Source: Escherichia phage TH12. From it: a stretch of 64,000 nt of DNA. Below the pieces are notes generated by a model. That model was not told where the DNA came from. It saw nothing but the letters and a program-made list of their open reading frames with translations, and did not search any database. The translations under genes and the position numbers were made by a program. Positions 1 to 8,980 of the stretch are shown here, in pieces. The stretch is from the sequence record MT446390.1; one strand, written 5' to 3'. How positions within the stretch are numbered: the stretch's first letter is position 1; every line of letters begins with the position of its first letter.

Positions 1-11
1 GTGGAACACTC

Positions 12-302
12 ATGATTCTTTATGCTAAAGTAAAATCTGTCGAGAATGGATACGAAAGCGATCAACGTGCAGCTAAAGCATTGATCGATGATTATGGCAT
101 TTTAACATATTTTGAAGTTGAAAAGGTTTACATTGACCGTTCGTCTTCACAGGTTAAATTACTCTGTGAAGATGATAAATTTAACACAGTTAACTTTGAT
201 TTCTTTATTGAAACAGAAAAAGGCCCTCTTGAATATGATATTTTCAAGAATCCTTTGAAATTACGTTGCATTGAATATAATTACATTAATATGGTACGGT
301 GA
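12..302 (+). CDS. hypothetical protein (96 aa); frame is open to the window edge so may be 5'-truncated
   Basis: ORF track; first ATG at 12, no upstream stop in frame. Confidence 0.4.
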   Translation: MILYAKVKSVENGYESDQRAAKALIDDYGILTYFEVEKVYIDRSSSQVKLLCEDDKFNTVNFDFFIETEKGPLEYDIFKNPLKLRCIEYNYINMVR

Positions 303-306
303 TTAA

Positions 307-822
307 ATGAATATTCGATTAGGCAGTACAATTCCTAAGGGCTACGTAATTGATGTCACTACCTATGAAAGTGATGGTGACAACTATAAAACCAAAACAT
401 TGTTTGAAGTGGAAGAGCATGAGCTCCAACAGTTTAAATATCTCTTGAAGAAATTTAAGAGCCGTCATTCTAGCACCAAAGCCGAACGTTATTGCGGTAA
501 TACACCATTCGGTCGTTGCTCGCTTATTATCTACGAATATCTGGTTGAAGGACTGTTCTCAGACCAACTCCAACCGGAATTCATTAAAAAGGTCTTTGGT
601 ATCGAAGTAGACCTTGGTGATAAATCTGAAGAAGACGAAGCCCGCGTATTCGACCTGTTCTTTGTGAAAGGCGATGAGATATCTCAAGGACTTATTGATA
701 TTCTTGGCTATGCTTCTGAATACTACGACTATGATTTCTTGCGTGTAGTTGAACGTGTTGAATTCGCTTATATTGAAGAAGAAATTGTTTTGCCGACTGT
801 TAAAATGATTGATTTGCTTTAA
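307..822 (+). CDS. hypothetical protein (171 aa)
   Basis: ORF, tight spacing to upstream gene. Confidence 0.5.
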   Translation: MNIRLGSTIPKGYVIDVTTYESDGDNYKTKTLFEVEEHELQQFKYLLKKFKSRHSSTKAERYCGNTPFGRCSLIIYEYLVEGLFSDQLQPEFIKKVFGIEVDLGDKSEEDEARVFDLFFVKGDEISQGLIDILGYASEYYDYDFLRVVERVEFAYIEEEIVLPTVKMIDLL

Positions 823-901
823 GAATTATGTGTTATTATTAATTCATACCCTCTATTACCAAAGGTGCTCTAAAGTGCCTTTCATAATAGAAAGTTATTA
901 A

Positions 902-976
902 GGCCCTGTAGCTCAATGGGAGAGCTGTCAGCTCATAACTGATAGGTAGCTGGATCGAAACCAGCCAGGGTCACCA
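902..976 (+). tRNA. tRNA, anticodon CAT (Met or Ile2); CCA encoded
   Basis: Manual cloverleaf: acceptor GGCCCTG/CAGGGTC, D-arm GCTC/GAGC, anticodon loop CTCATAA, T-arm GCTGG/CCAGC. Confidence 0.75.
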
Positions 977-979
977 ATC

Positions 980-1056
<77 letters not shown>

Positions 1057-1074
1057 ACTTTAAGTGAGGAAAAT

Positions 1075-1419
1075 ATGAAAGGCAATATTTATTTTGTAGT
1101 TCATGATTTAACGTTTTATTTTAATGAATATGATACAGTTATTTCTCATCGATTGATTAATTCACTTTATCAGCATGCCGATTACATCTATGTTCAAAAT
1201 GAATTCGGACATTGGAAGTTCATTAAAAACCGTTCAGGGTTAACTAGTTTTGAATACTTTGATCGTAAAGACCTTTTAAACGAAATCCCATTGCAACATC
1301 GGTTTCAGAAACGTGAATCATTATATTATTGCCGTCATATACCAAACGCCGAATGTGTTAATGAAGCGATTAATCTATGGCGTCGGCGTCGAGAGCAAAT
1401 TGATGATATGCCAAAATAA
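1075..1419 (+). CDS. hypothetical protein (114 aa)
   Basis: ATG at 1075 after GAGGAAAA; the track's TTG start at 1027 would overlap the tRNA. Confidence 0.5.
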   Translation: MKGNIYFVVHDLTFYFNEYDTVISHRLINSLYQHADYIYVQNEFGHWKFIKNRSGLTSFEYFDRKDLLNEIPLQHRFQKRESLYYCRHIPNAECVNEAINLWRRRREQIDDMPK

Positions 1420-1723
1420 GAAGCCGGGTCGCTACCGGCAAGTCGTCGGACTGATGTTCCCTGAGTAAGGACTGGTCTTAATAAATCTTTACGATTTGTT
1501 AATATCCCCTTACATCACAGCAGAAACGGCGCACAGAATTATCGATTCGAGGAAATATCTTTGCCGTAAGCCGAGTAGCGTTTTTGACGGAACGTTCGGA
1601 TATGGTCGAGATATGGCCTTTTAAAAATATTGAGTAGCGTCAACTGCTTAATAACCGGGTTCGAATCCCGGCGTTTCGTACAAACACTTGCCTTAGTAGG
1701 TGGAAACCCCGACAAGGTATATA

Positions 1724-1751
1724 GCCCCTTCCGAAAGGTTGGGGCTTTTTT
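1724..1751 (+). terminator. intrinsic terminator (GC stem, GAAA loop, T-run)
   Basis: GCCCCTTCC-GAAA-GGTTGGGGC followed by TTTTTT. Confidence 0.6.
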
Positions 1752-1752
1752 G

Positions 1753-1760
1753 TATAAATA
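1753..1760 (+). promoter_or_regulatory. T4-type late promoter TATAAATA
   Basis: Exact TATAAATA about 35 nt upstream of ATG 1796. Confidence 0.5.
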
Positions 1761-1795
1761 TAGTAAACAATAAACCTACTTTCTAAGGACCATCA

Positions 1796-2422
1796 ATGTA
1801 TACTTTTAATGAATTTTTAGCCGAAACGGAAGTAATCACCGAAGCCGGTGTACGTATGACAAAAGAGAAATGGCAAGCTGCTTACGATGCTATTTCTGGT
1901 ACAAAAACTAGTACAGAGTTTTTCAAAAACGTTCAAGCCATGTACGGTATCGACACTTCCAGCCAAAAAGAATATTACAGAGCTTCTAAAGCATTCAAAG
2001 ATATTGTTAGTGGTGGTGTTTCTGCTAAATCTGGTTCGCCTAAAGTAAAACCTGCTCCTACCATTCCTAAACCTGCGACCCCTAAAGCAATAGCAAAACC
2101 TGAGCCTAAGCCGGAAGTAAAAGCAACTCCTAAAGCTCCCGCTCTTAAGTTTGATACTTCTAGCCTGGAAAAAAAATATAAACAACTATCTTCGCTTGTT
2201 CGTGATATTGAATCCGATACATCTTCACTCGTTCGTGAATTCAACAGTCTTCGTAATGGCCAACATATCAACAACCTTGATACCCCAGACCTTTATCGTC
2301 TTTATTTGACTATCGAAGGTTTGAAGTATACTCAACCACTTCACGATGCGATTAAAGAAAAACTTCGTCAGGCAGGTCGTTTGGCCGCTGACGCTGCTCA
2401 GTATGCAAAAACTCGTAAGTAA
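1796..2422 (+). CDS. internal-protein-like capsid cargo (208 aa) with N-terminal capsid-targeting-like sequence MYTFNEFLAE and Pro/Lys-rich linker
   Basis: N-terminus resembles T4 IP capsid targeting sequence MKTYQEFIAE; late promoter upstream. Confidence 0.55.
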   Translation: MYTFNEFLAETEVITEAGVRMTKEKWQAAYDAISGTKTSTEFFKNVQAMYGIDTSSQKEYYRASKAFKDIVSGGVSAKSGSPKVKPAPTIPKPATPKAIAKPEPKPEVKATPKAPALKFDTSSLEKKYKQLSSLVRDIESDTSSLVREFNSLRNGQHINNLDTPDLYRLYLTIEGLKYTQPLHDAIKEKLRQAGRLAADAAQYAKTRK

Positions 2423-2427
2423 AGAAT

Positions 2428-2446
2428 GGGGACTTCGGTCCCCTTT
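2428..2446 (+). terminator. UUCG-tetraloop hairpin terminator
   Basis: GGGGAC-TTCG-GTCCCC then TTT. Confidence 0.5.
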
Positions 2447-2474
2447 AGGGGGTCTATAACTTACTGAAAAAGTT

Positions 2475-2503
2475 GTTTACTTCTTCCCTAGATGTGTTAC
2501 TAT
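2475..2503 (+). promoter_or_regulatory. T4-type early promoter (-35 GTTTAC, -10 TACTAT)
   Basis: GTTTAC, 17-nt spacer, TACTAT. Confidence 0.5.
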
Positions 2504-2531
2504 GGTCCTATTAAAACATGAGGAGAATAGT

Positions 2532-2837
2532 ATGAGTCTTTATACTGAACTGAATAAAAAATCTGAAGAATCTGCTGAAACTATTTTTAAAAACGTGCAA
2601 AAGCGTATTTTAGAAAAGATGTATAACACTGCAGCTAAAGGTGAAAAATCTTGCCGGTTCCCGATGAGGTGTTCTTCTGATTTATGCGCAAATACTATTG
2701 AATGGCTGGAAAGTGAAGGTCTTACGGTAGAGAAAAACCCGGCGATTTCTATTGACAGCGAATCATATATTAGTATTTCTTGGGATAAACCACGTACGAA
2801 TGAAGGATACTACAAGTTGTTAAGTTGGAAAAATTAA
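2532..2837 (+). CDS. hypothetical protein (101 aa)
   Basis: ATG after GAGGAG RBS. Confidence 0.55.
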   Translation: MSLYTELNKKSEESAETIFKNVQKRILEKMYNTAAKGEKSCRFPMRCSSDLCANTIEWLESEGLTVEKNPAISIDSESYISISWDKPRTNEGYYKLLSWKN

Positions 2838-2846
2838 AAATAATGA

Positions 2847-2875
2847 TGTACAAACACCAAGGATGGTGATACTAT
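2847..2875 (+). promoter_or_regulatory. early promoter-like (GTACAA -35, TACTAT -10) with CACC/GGTG hairpin in spacer
   Basis: Motif match to neighbouring early promoters. Confidence 0.45.
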
Positions 2876-2905
2876 AGACTTATCAACTACAGAGGAGTAA
2901 ACAAA

Positions 2906-3070
2906 ATGACTACTTTAATTATTTGGTTCGATGAAAATGAAGAAACATACTGTGTGAATATTGGTGAAAGTCCAATGCCTGAATTTGAATCCTCAGATAA
3001 AAACTCTGTTGTATCTTGGGCTGAAGGTTATAAAGCCGCTAAAGGTGACGTTGAAATAATTTACATCTAA
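2906..3070 (+). CDS. small hypothetical protein (54 aa), absent from ORF track
   Basis: ATG 11 nt after AGAGGAG; fills promoter-to-gene gap. Confidence 0.45.
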   Translation: MTTLIIWFDENEETYCVNIGESPMPEFESSDKNSVVSWAEGYKAAKGDVEIIYI

Positions 3071-3117
3071 GTACGTTTATGTTATAGTAATCACATCAAA
3101 TCAAGAGGAGAAACAAA

Positions 3118-3372
3118 ATGGCTAAAGTTAGTATTGATGTCGTTGATTACGAATACACCGAAGAAGTTATTCGCAACCGTCACCCTGAAGTTCGTATCGA
3201 TTCAGCCCAAGATTCCAAGTTCTGGACAACTGAGCTTAATCTGAGTGGTCCTTATGAAGCTGTTAAGAAGTTCATGGTTGAAGAATACTGTGAAGGCATG
3301 CACCCCGAAGACGCCAAGTTTTATGTCAATTTGATTAAAAATAATTTACAAACTCTTGAGAGCAGAGTATAA
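3118..3372 (+). CDS. hypothetical protein (84 aa)
   Basis: ATG after AGAGGAG RBS. Confidence 0.55.
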   Translation: MAKVSIDVVDYEYTEEVIRNRHPEVRIDSAQDSKFWTTELNLSGPYEAVKKFMVEEYCEGMHPEDAKFYVNLIKNNLQTLESRV

Positions 3373-3392
3373 TGCTCTCATTGGATAATAAA
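3349..3392 (+). repeat. 44-bp repeat copy 1 (hairpin GAGAGCA..TGCTCTC with TATAAT in loop)
   Basis: Near-identical to 32461-32504, one mismatch. Confidence 0.8.
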
Positions 3393-3414
3393 CCACCAAT
3401 TGAAAGGTAATAAT

Positions 3415-4008
3415 ATGAACACACTGAAGAAACTTGTTGAATTCATCCGCACTAAACTGGGTACTGCTATGGCTAAAAATCTGACTGTCGAAGAACAGTA
3501 TAACGCAGCTGCAGATAAGTTGATTACCCAAATCAAAGAACTAAAAACGGCTTCTGTTAAATCTATTAATGAAGAAAAACGTATTCGCGAACTTGTTATT
3601 GAAAAGAATAAGCAAGCCGCTTCTAAGGAACGTGAAATTCGTAAGCTCCTGGCTGAAGGACAAGATGTTACCATGCATGCTAAGCTTGGTCTTCTGTATC
3701 GTCGAACTGCCGAACAACTTAATACAAAAGCTGACGGGTATGCCGCTATGCGAATTGAAATTGCTCGTAAGGTGGTTGAACTTGATGATGCTCGTCAGAA
3801 TCTGGCAATCAAACTCGAATACATTCGTGAAACTCGAGCAGCCAATGCCCTTGGTATCTCTACGGCTGATGATGTAATTGAAATCGCTGCACTGACTAAG
3901 GTTGATATCGAAGACACTCTGACTCGTGTTGAAACGTTCAATGGTACTCCAGCCGGTGTCGAAACCACTTCTGCTGATGTACAAGAATATATTAACTCTT
4001 TGAAATAA
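3415..4008 (+). CDS. coiled-coil protein (197 aa), possible PspA/IM30-like
   Basis: Heptad-rich, charged sequence; family call from recollection only. Confidence 0.5.
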   Translation: MNTLKKLVEFIRTKLGTAMAKNLTVEEQYNAAADKLITQIKELKTASVKSINEEKRIRELVIEKNKQAASKEREIRKLLAEGQDVTMHAKLGLLYRRTAEQLNTKADGYAAMRIEIARKVVELDDARQNLAIKLEYIRETRAANALGISTADDVIEIAALTKVDIEDTLTRVETFNGTPAGVETTSADVQEYINSLK

Positions 4009-4016
4009 AATAATAC

Positions 4017-4038
4017 GGAGGACTCCGGTCCTCCTTTT
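4017..4038 (+). terminator. hairpin terminator GGAGGAC-TCCG-GTCCTCC + TTTT
   Basis: Perfect 7-bp GC-rich stem then T-run. Confidence 0.6.
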
Positions 4039-4057
4039 GGATAATAAAGGAGTTAAC

Positions 4058-4654
4058 ATGCGAAACCAAAATAATGATATTGACTCAATGTTCGAAGAGT
4101 TCCGAGATAAGGTAAATCCACCTACGTCTTTAGTTGATTCATTACGATATGTTGCAACCGGACGTAAATGGTACTGGTCGTCTTCTTATGAGACAACTGA
4201 ATATGCAAATAACCGAAAATCTTTATTAGCCCCAGGTATTATGATTCATGATATCGGAGCTATTGCTAAACTAGTTGCAGACCATGATATTAGATTCACT
4301 GATTTCGTTGCTCCTACGTGGTCTGTTTGTTGTTTAAACACCGAATGGGACTATATCAGTGAACGTTCAGATGATTACGTAGGCTTTAGAGACAAGCTTT
4401 TAAGGTCTAACATGTTTTATATTGATACAGAAGTTCTTGTCAATAATAAAAAATACTACTTCACTTTAATCGTCGATTCTGAAACTATGTATGAAGGCAA
4501 GCCTTTGCTTAAGAGAGTTGATGCTTTAAGTGCTATTGATGCGCTTTATGAAACTATGGTTGTTAGTCCTAATTTCACTAACAATTTAATCCTTGAGCAA
4601 TTTATTATGGAATGTAGAGAATATGTCAAAGCCAACCCTATACATGCCAAGTAA
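4058..4654 (+). CDS. hypothetical protein (198 aa)
   Basis: ATG after AAAGGAG. Confidence 0.55.
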   Translation: MRNQNNDIDSMFEEFRDKVNPPTSLVDSLRYVATGRKWYWSSSYETTEYANNRKSLLAPGIMIHDIGAIAKLVADHDIRFTDFVAPTWSVCCLNTEWDYISERSDDYVGFRDKLLRSNMFYIDTEVLVNNKKYYFTLIVDSETMYEGKPLLKRVDALSAIDALYETMVVSPNFTNNLILEQFIMECREYVKANPIHAK

Positions 4655-5015
4655 GCCCTGGGCGTATGAATACAAGCGTAAATTAATCCCAAATGAAGTA
4701 CTATTTGGCCCTATTTTAGCTTTAGCATTTTTAATCTTTATGATTATAGGAGCCGTTTTAGATTCTAGTGAAGTTATATCGTCTGATGCAGCATTTTCAT
4801 TAATGTTCGACGCACCACTTATTGTACCGTTTTTATTAATGCCTATTAACTGGATGGGATATTGGTACCAAGGACGTCATCACAGAGCCCGATTAAGAGA
4901 ATGGAAAGTTCAGTGCGCAAAAGCCCAAGCTCAGTATGATGAAGCTGTTAAAAAGTATGAATATGAAGAAGCTATGGAATTCGTTAAGGAAATAAGATGC
5001 AAAAGCCTTAACTGA
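4623..5015 (+). CDS. small membrane protein (about 130 aa, two hydrophobic helices); start uncertain
   Basis: ORF track; first in-frame ATG at 4623. Confidence 0.45.
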   Translation: MSKPTLYMPSKPWAYEYKRKLIPNEVLFGPILALAFLIFMIIGAVLDSSEVISSDAAFSLMFDAPLIVPFLLMPINWMGYWYQGRHHRARLREWKVQCAKAQAQYDEAVKKYEYEEAMEFVKEIRCKSLN

Positions 5016-5024
5016 ATTTATGCT

Positions 5025-5054
5025 GTTTACGCTTCTCAAATGATTAGTTATAAT
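5025..5054 (+). promoter_or_regulatory. early promoter (GTTTAC, 18 nt, TATAAT)
   Basis: Consensus-like -35 and -10. Confidence 0.55.
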
Positions 5055-5113
5055 GAACTCCTAGCTAAACGTGAAAATGAAACAATCGAAAACTTTATTA
5101 AGGAATGTAGAAA

Positions 5114-5419
5114 ATGAGTAAGATTATTGAAATTAAAGTACCAGAGTTTAATGATGCCAAATCCGCTTCAGATGCAATTTATAAACTTCTGAATCAAGCT
5201 GAACGTATCGAAGAAGAAGCAACAAAGATCGCAGACCAATATGCAGTATCATTTTCTGTAGGTGATTATGGTAGCGGCCGTACTTATTATCCTAAGGGTG
5301 AAATCGTATCCCAGTGGATGAAAGATGAAATTGAAAATAATGGTGGCGATGTTAAGCGTGAAGGTAATGGTTACGTTATTACTGAAGGTGCTTGGGTTTC
5401 GTCTTCTGCGTTGTGCTAA
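5114..5419 (+). CDS. small protein, paralog family member 1 (C-terminus GAWVSSSALC)
   Basis: ORF; shared C-terminal motif with the next two genes. Confidence 0.55.
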   Translation: MSKIIEIKVPEFNDAKSASDAIYKLLNQAERIEEEATKIADQYAVSFSVGDYGSGRTYYPKGEIVSQWMKDEIENNGGDVKREGNGYVITEGAWVSSSALC

Positions 5420-5428
5420 GGAATCATT

Positions 5429-5701
5429 ATGTCTAAAGAACAAACCGAACTGGCTGAAGCTGTAGCAAAAATCTATGCAGCTATTGAGGCTGCCAAAGAA
5501 ATTGCTAATAAACAAAACACAACATTCAACTTGTATCCAGCTTATGGCATGGGTGGAACCTATCATTCACCAGGACATCTTAAAGCCGATCTTGAACGTT
5601 GTACAAAAAACGGTTATGCTGAATGGGCCGACGTTTACCAATACGACTACAACTTGAGCCTTGAAGATGGTGGTTGGGTTGCATCTTCTCACACTTGTTA
5701 A
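5429..5701 (+). CDS. small protein, paralog family member 2 (C-terminus GGWVASSHTC)
   Basis: ORF; RBS AAGGAA. Confidence 0.55.
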   Translation: MSKEQTELAEAVAKIYAAIEAAKEIANKQNTTFNLYPAYGMGGTYHSPGHLKADLERCTKNGYAEWADVYQYDYNLSLEDGGWVASSHTC

Positions 5702-5710
5702 GGAAATCAT

Positions 5711-5908
5711 ATGTCTCGTGAATTAGATTGTGCTGTACGTACGGCCGTAGCTGCTCTAGAAAACCTGTTCCAGATTGCAACCGAAGAGCGTGAAGAAGTT
5801 ACATTGTGGATTGAAGATAATGCAGGTCTGAATCTCCAGGACGCAATCTCGTTATCAAATAATAGTATTACTGTTCAAGGCTGGGTATCATCTAGTTATT
5901 CTTGCTAA
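5711..5908 (+). CDS. small protein, paralog family member 3 (C-terminus QGWVSSSYSC)
   Basis: ORF; RBS AAGGAAA. Confidence 0.55.
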   Translation: MSRELDCAVRTAVAALENLFQIATEEREEVTLWIEDNAGLNLQDAISLSNNSITVQGWVSSSYSC

Positions 5909-5912
5909 AACA

Positions 5913-5942
5913 GTTTACAACAAGATAGGGCTATGTTATAGT
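5913..5942 (+). promoter_or_regulatory. early promoter with embedded stem-loop (GTTTAC ... TATAGT)
   Basis: Near-palindrome GATAGGGCTA / TAGTCCTATC around the -10. Confidence 0.5.
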
Positions 5943-5970
5943 AGTCCTATCAAATTAAATGGAGACAACA

Positions 5971-6210
5971 ATGGTTTATTACGAAAGTATAGGAACCGAA
6001 GTAGTTGCTAAAACTATTACTCGTGAAAAGTTTGCAAAGATATTCGATATGCGTTATAAAAAATCTGAACACAAAGGCATCCGATTCGAAGATGCGCACT
6101 GTACAATTTGCCCTTATAATGAAGACATAAACGGCACAATCGTTCCATTAGTAGAGGCTTCACATGACGACCTCTGGGATGAATATAATATCGCATGTCG
6201 CGAAATTTAA
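5971..6210 (+). CDS. hypothetical protein (79 aa)
   Basis: ATG after GGAGA. Confidence 0.5.
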   Translation: MVYYESIGTEVVAKTITREKFAKIFDMRYKKSEHKGIRFEDAHCTICPYNEDINGTIVPLVEASHDDLWDEYNIACREI

Positions 6211-6235
6211 GTAATCTAAATTCGAGGAAAATATT

Positions 6236-7192
6236 ATGATGTTAGTTATTGGTTCTCGTGCACTTCACTATCACGGTCTTATTGATTCTAGCGCTATCAA
6301 AAATAGTGACTGGGACTTTATTGCGGACCAAGGTTCTTGGAATGTATTCAAAAATCAAATGATGGGTGTATATGTTCACCAAGATAACCCTGATGTCCAA
6401 GTTTTCAAATGCTTCCATAATGGACGCGAAACTCATTTTGAAGCATATATTGTTCCGGCAATCACTAATGTCCGTGAATTAGTCGGTGAACTCACTCCTG
6501 AAGATTTCACGTCTTCTTATGACCTTTTAAAATACGCCAAGAAAAATTTGACTAAAGACCGTTTGAACGGGTTTTACTGGGCAACTCCTGAGATGTGTCT
6601 TGCAATTAAGATGTCTCATCGTTTCAAGAAAAATAATCCATTCTTTTTAAAGACTATGAACCATATTCAGTATCTTCGTGGTAAAGGTGTTACACTTAAC
6701 GATGAACTTACTGAAATTATGCTGAAACGCCAGAAAGAAACCTTGAACTATGCTCACCCAGTTCTTGACACTTCTAAAAGCGCATTCTTTAAAGATGACA
6801 TCTATACGTATGACCATGATACTATTCACGAAGCCATTGCACTAACAGACCGTCCAGCGTATACATTTTATATGAAAGATGGTTCTGAAGTCATGACCTC
6901 ACGCGAGAAGTTCGAATCATTACCAGAAATGGTCAAATTAGCCGGCGTATACGAAGAATCATGTGTACTAGCGTTAGAACGTTCTCAGATTCCTAATAAC
7001 TTTGAAATCCATCCACGTGATAGTTTTATGATGGCATTAGAAAAAGTCTGTACTTCAATCACGTCAGGCTGGTTCCGTGAATACGCTTGGGAAAACTACA
7101 GCAAAGTTGTAAGTATGTACCAAAGCTTAGGACATGACGATTATGTAAAACGTTTTAAACAAAATTTCCATATGGTAAAACCTTTCAAATAA
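6236..7192 (+). CDS. hypothetical protein (318 aa)
   Basis: Long ORF, GAGGAAAA RBS. Confidence 0.6.
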   Translation: MMLVIGSRALHYHGLIDSSAIKNSDWDFIADQGSWNVFKNQMMGVYVHQDNPDVQVFKCFHNGRETHFEAYIVPAITNVRELVGELTPEDFTSSYDLLKYAKKNLTKDRLNGFYWATPEMCLAIKMSHRFKKNNPFFLKTMNHIQYLRGKGVTLNDELTEIMLKRQKETLNYAHPVLDTSKSAFFKDDIYTYDHDTIHEAIALTDRPAYTFYMKDGSEVMTSREKFESLPEMVKLAGVYEESCVLALERSQIPNNFEIHPRDSFMMALEKVCTSITSGWFREYAWENYSKVVSMYQSLGHDDYVKRFKQNFHMVKPFK

Positions 7193-7204
7193 TTTCGCAA
7201 AACT

Positions 7205-7234
7205 GTTTACACAATTATAGGACTATGTTATAGT
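7205..7234 (+). promoter_or_regulatory. early promoter with palindrome ATAGGACTAT/TAGTCCTAT
   Basis: GTTTAC, 18 nt, TATAGT. Confidence 0.5.
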
Positions 7235-7262
7235 AGTCCTATTAAAACATGAGGAGAATATT

Positions 7263-7568
7263 ATGAAATTAGGCGAAACCAACCGAATTGGTCTTTTAAC
7301 TATATTTGTATCACTTTTTTACGTAGCTCTTTCTGTTGCAGTATTACAAAAGGCTTACGATATGGATGGTGTTCCTGGTTTTGTATTCTTATCACCATTT
7401 TTATTATTCGTCGGGGCTTTGTTATTATATGCCACGACTAGTTTTGACCATAACGTCTGGGTTAATTATAAATGTAAATTGTCTGAAGAAGAACACGCAG
7501 AAGCTCGTAAAAAAGCTATTGAATCTACCAATCTAGAAAATTTCATTAAAGAATGTCGAGGAAAATAA
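7263..7568 (+). CDS. small membrane protein (101 aa)
   Basis: GAGGAGAA RBS; two hydrophobic segments. Confidence 0.55.
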   Translation: MKLGETNRIGLLTIFVSLFYVALSVAVLQKAYDMDGVPGFVFLSPFLLFVGALLLYATTSFDHNVWVNYKCKLSEEEHAEARKKAIESTNLENFIKECRGK

Positions 7569-7569
7569 T

Positions 7570-8256
7570 ATGAATAGTTCTAAAGTGTTTAATAGTCAAG
7601 CTCGTGCAGTAGGTGGTTTTGCTCATAACGTACAAAATGACCAAATCAAAAATGAACCAATGTTCTTTAACTGTGATTTGAGTTTTGCTTGGGATAACGG
7701 CGGTCCTATTACTCGTAGCTTTATTGCCAATCTCCCAATTGATTGGACTAATCAACATGTTGTATTTGATTCTCGGGTTCATATGCTGATGCCTGGTTGG
7801 TATCCTGCTATTCCTGGATATCACCATGACGATGTTCCTCGCCCTGATATTCCAGTCGGCCAACACTTTATTACTGCAGGACAACCTGACTATGATAACC
7901 CTCGTTACCATTCTGAACATATTCTTGGTCTTGTTAACGCTGACGTGTGTCCTACTCATTTTGCAACAGGAACTGCAGAGTTCAGTCAGATTCCTGATGG
8001 CGAACTTATCTATCGCCAATGGCACAAAGAAGTCCTCGAAAAAATTGAAAAAGGTGAACTAGAGAAATGGGAAGCTCCAGACCGTACTCTTCTTCAGTTT
8101 GATTGGCAAACATGGCACACTGGTTCTCGTGCAATTAGTAATGGATGGCGTTGGTTCGGACGTGTATCTCGTAATACAGACCGAGTTAAAAAGATTACCA
8201 ATGAAATTCGTGTCAATGCCCAAGTTTATCTGGAATTCCCTATGGAAGGCTGGTAA
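7570..8256 (+). CDS. hypothetical protein (228 aa), His/Asp-rich
   Basis: ORF; GAGGAAAA RBS; no confident family. Confidence 0.55.
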   Translation: MNSSKVFNSQARAVGGFAHNVQNDQIKNEPMFFNCDLSFAWDNGGPITRSFIANLPIDWTNQHVVFDSRVHMLMPGWYPAIPGYHHDDVPRPDIPVGQHFITAGQPDYDNPRYHSEHILGLVNADVCPTHFATGTAEFSQIPDGELIYRQWHKEVLEKIEKGELEKWEAPDRTLLQFDWQTWHTGSRAISNGWRWFGRVSRNTDRVKKITNEIRVNAQVYLEFPMEGW

Positions 8257-8747
8257 TGATTAACAAAACATATTGGTCTAATATTGACGACGGCAATGAA
8301 GGTATTTCATACTATTCAGTAGATTGGACAGGATGTCCATCCTACTTAGTGAAACGTATTTGTCAAGAATTTAAAATCGACCAGCCAGCAGGTATTATCG
8401 TGAACAGATACATTAATGGATATCAACCTATCGATGAAGTAATACGAACAACTCAAGCTGATCTTGAAAAGTTTTTCAATAAGTGTCAATGGATAACAGG
8501 ATGGATTATATTTGTACCGTCGGTATGGTTTTTTAGTACTAAAGTAAGTGCCTTTGCCATACCAGATATTATCGCTATCTTATTAGCATCTACTATCGTA
8601 AGTATTATTGGTGGTATTATTGGTGGAGGTACTATAGGCATCATTATTAATCTTGTTAAAAGTAGTTTACAGGAACGTAAAGACAAGATAAAGGCCAAGA
8701 ATAATGAAGTTGAACGTTTTATTACCGAATGCAGGAATTTGAGATGA
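8256..8747 (+). CDS. membrane protein (163 aa)
   Basis: Stop/start overlap; hydrophobic Gly/Ile-rich core. Confidence 0.5.
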   Translation: MINKTYWSNIDDGNEGISYYSVDWTGCPSYLVKRICQEFKIDQPAGIIVNRYINGYQPIDEVIRTTQADLEKFFNKCQWITGWIIFVPSVWFFSTKVSAFAIPDIIAILLASTIVSIIGGIIGGGTIGIIINLVKSSLQERKDKIKAKNNEVERFITECRNLR

Positions 8748-8980
8748 GTATAGCAATTTACATTAAATCAGAATCATGTGATAGTTATCTGTACACATAT
8801 GATAAAGATGTGTCAGAAGAAAAAATCAAAGACGATCTTAATATGGACCTTGATTTGTTCAGTCCTATTGCAGATTACAAACTTGCGGTCTCTAATAGTG
8901 AAAGTCCATCTAAAGAAACGCGTATTGAAGAATTTATGTCCGAATTAATGGCCAAATCATGGGACCGAGATGATGAGTAA
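8744..8980 (+). CDS. hypothetical protein (78 aa)
   Basis: ATGA overlap with upstream stop. Confidence 0.4.
   Translation: MSIAIYIKSESCDSYLYTYDKDVSEEKIKDDLNMDLDLFSPIADYKLAVSNSESPSKETRIEEFMSELMAKSWDRDDE

Noticed and set aside
2030-2150. Apparent repetitive stretch (KPAPTIPKPATPKAIAKPEPKPEVKATPKAP)
   Set aside because: It is a Pro/Lys-rich low-complexity linker within a protein, not a DNA tandem repeat or CRISPR-like array.
3541-4059. 172-aa minus-strand ORF (and similar antisense ORFs such as 36673-37161, 38456-38908, 42665-43105)
   Set aside because: They lie entirely inside well-supported + strand genes (gp46, gp43, the coiled-coil protein), lack start context, and have low-complexity translations; treated as shadow ORFs.
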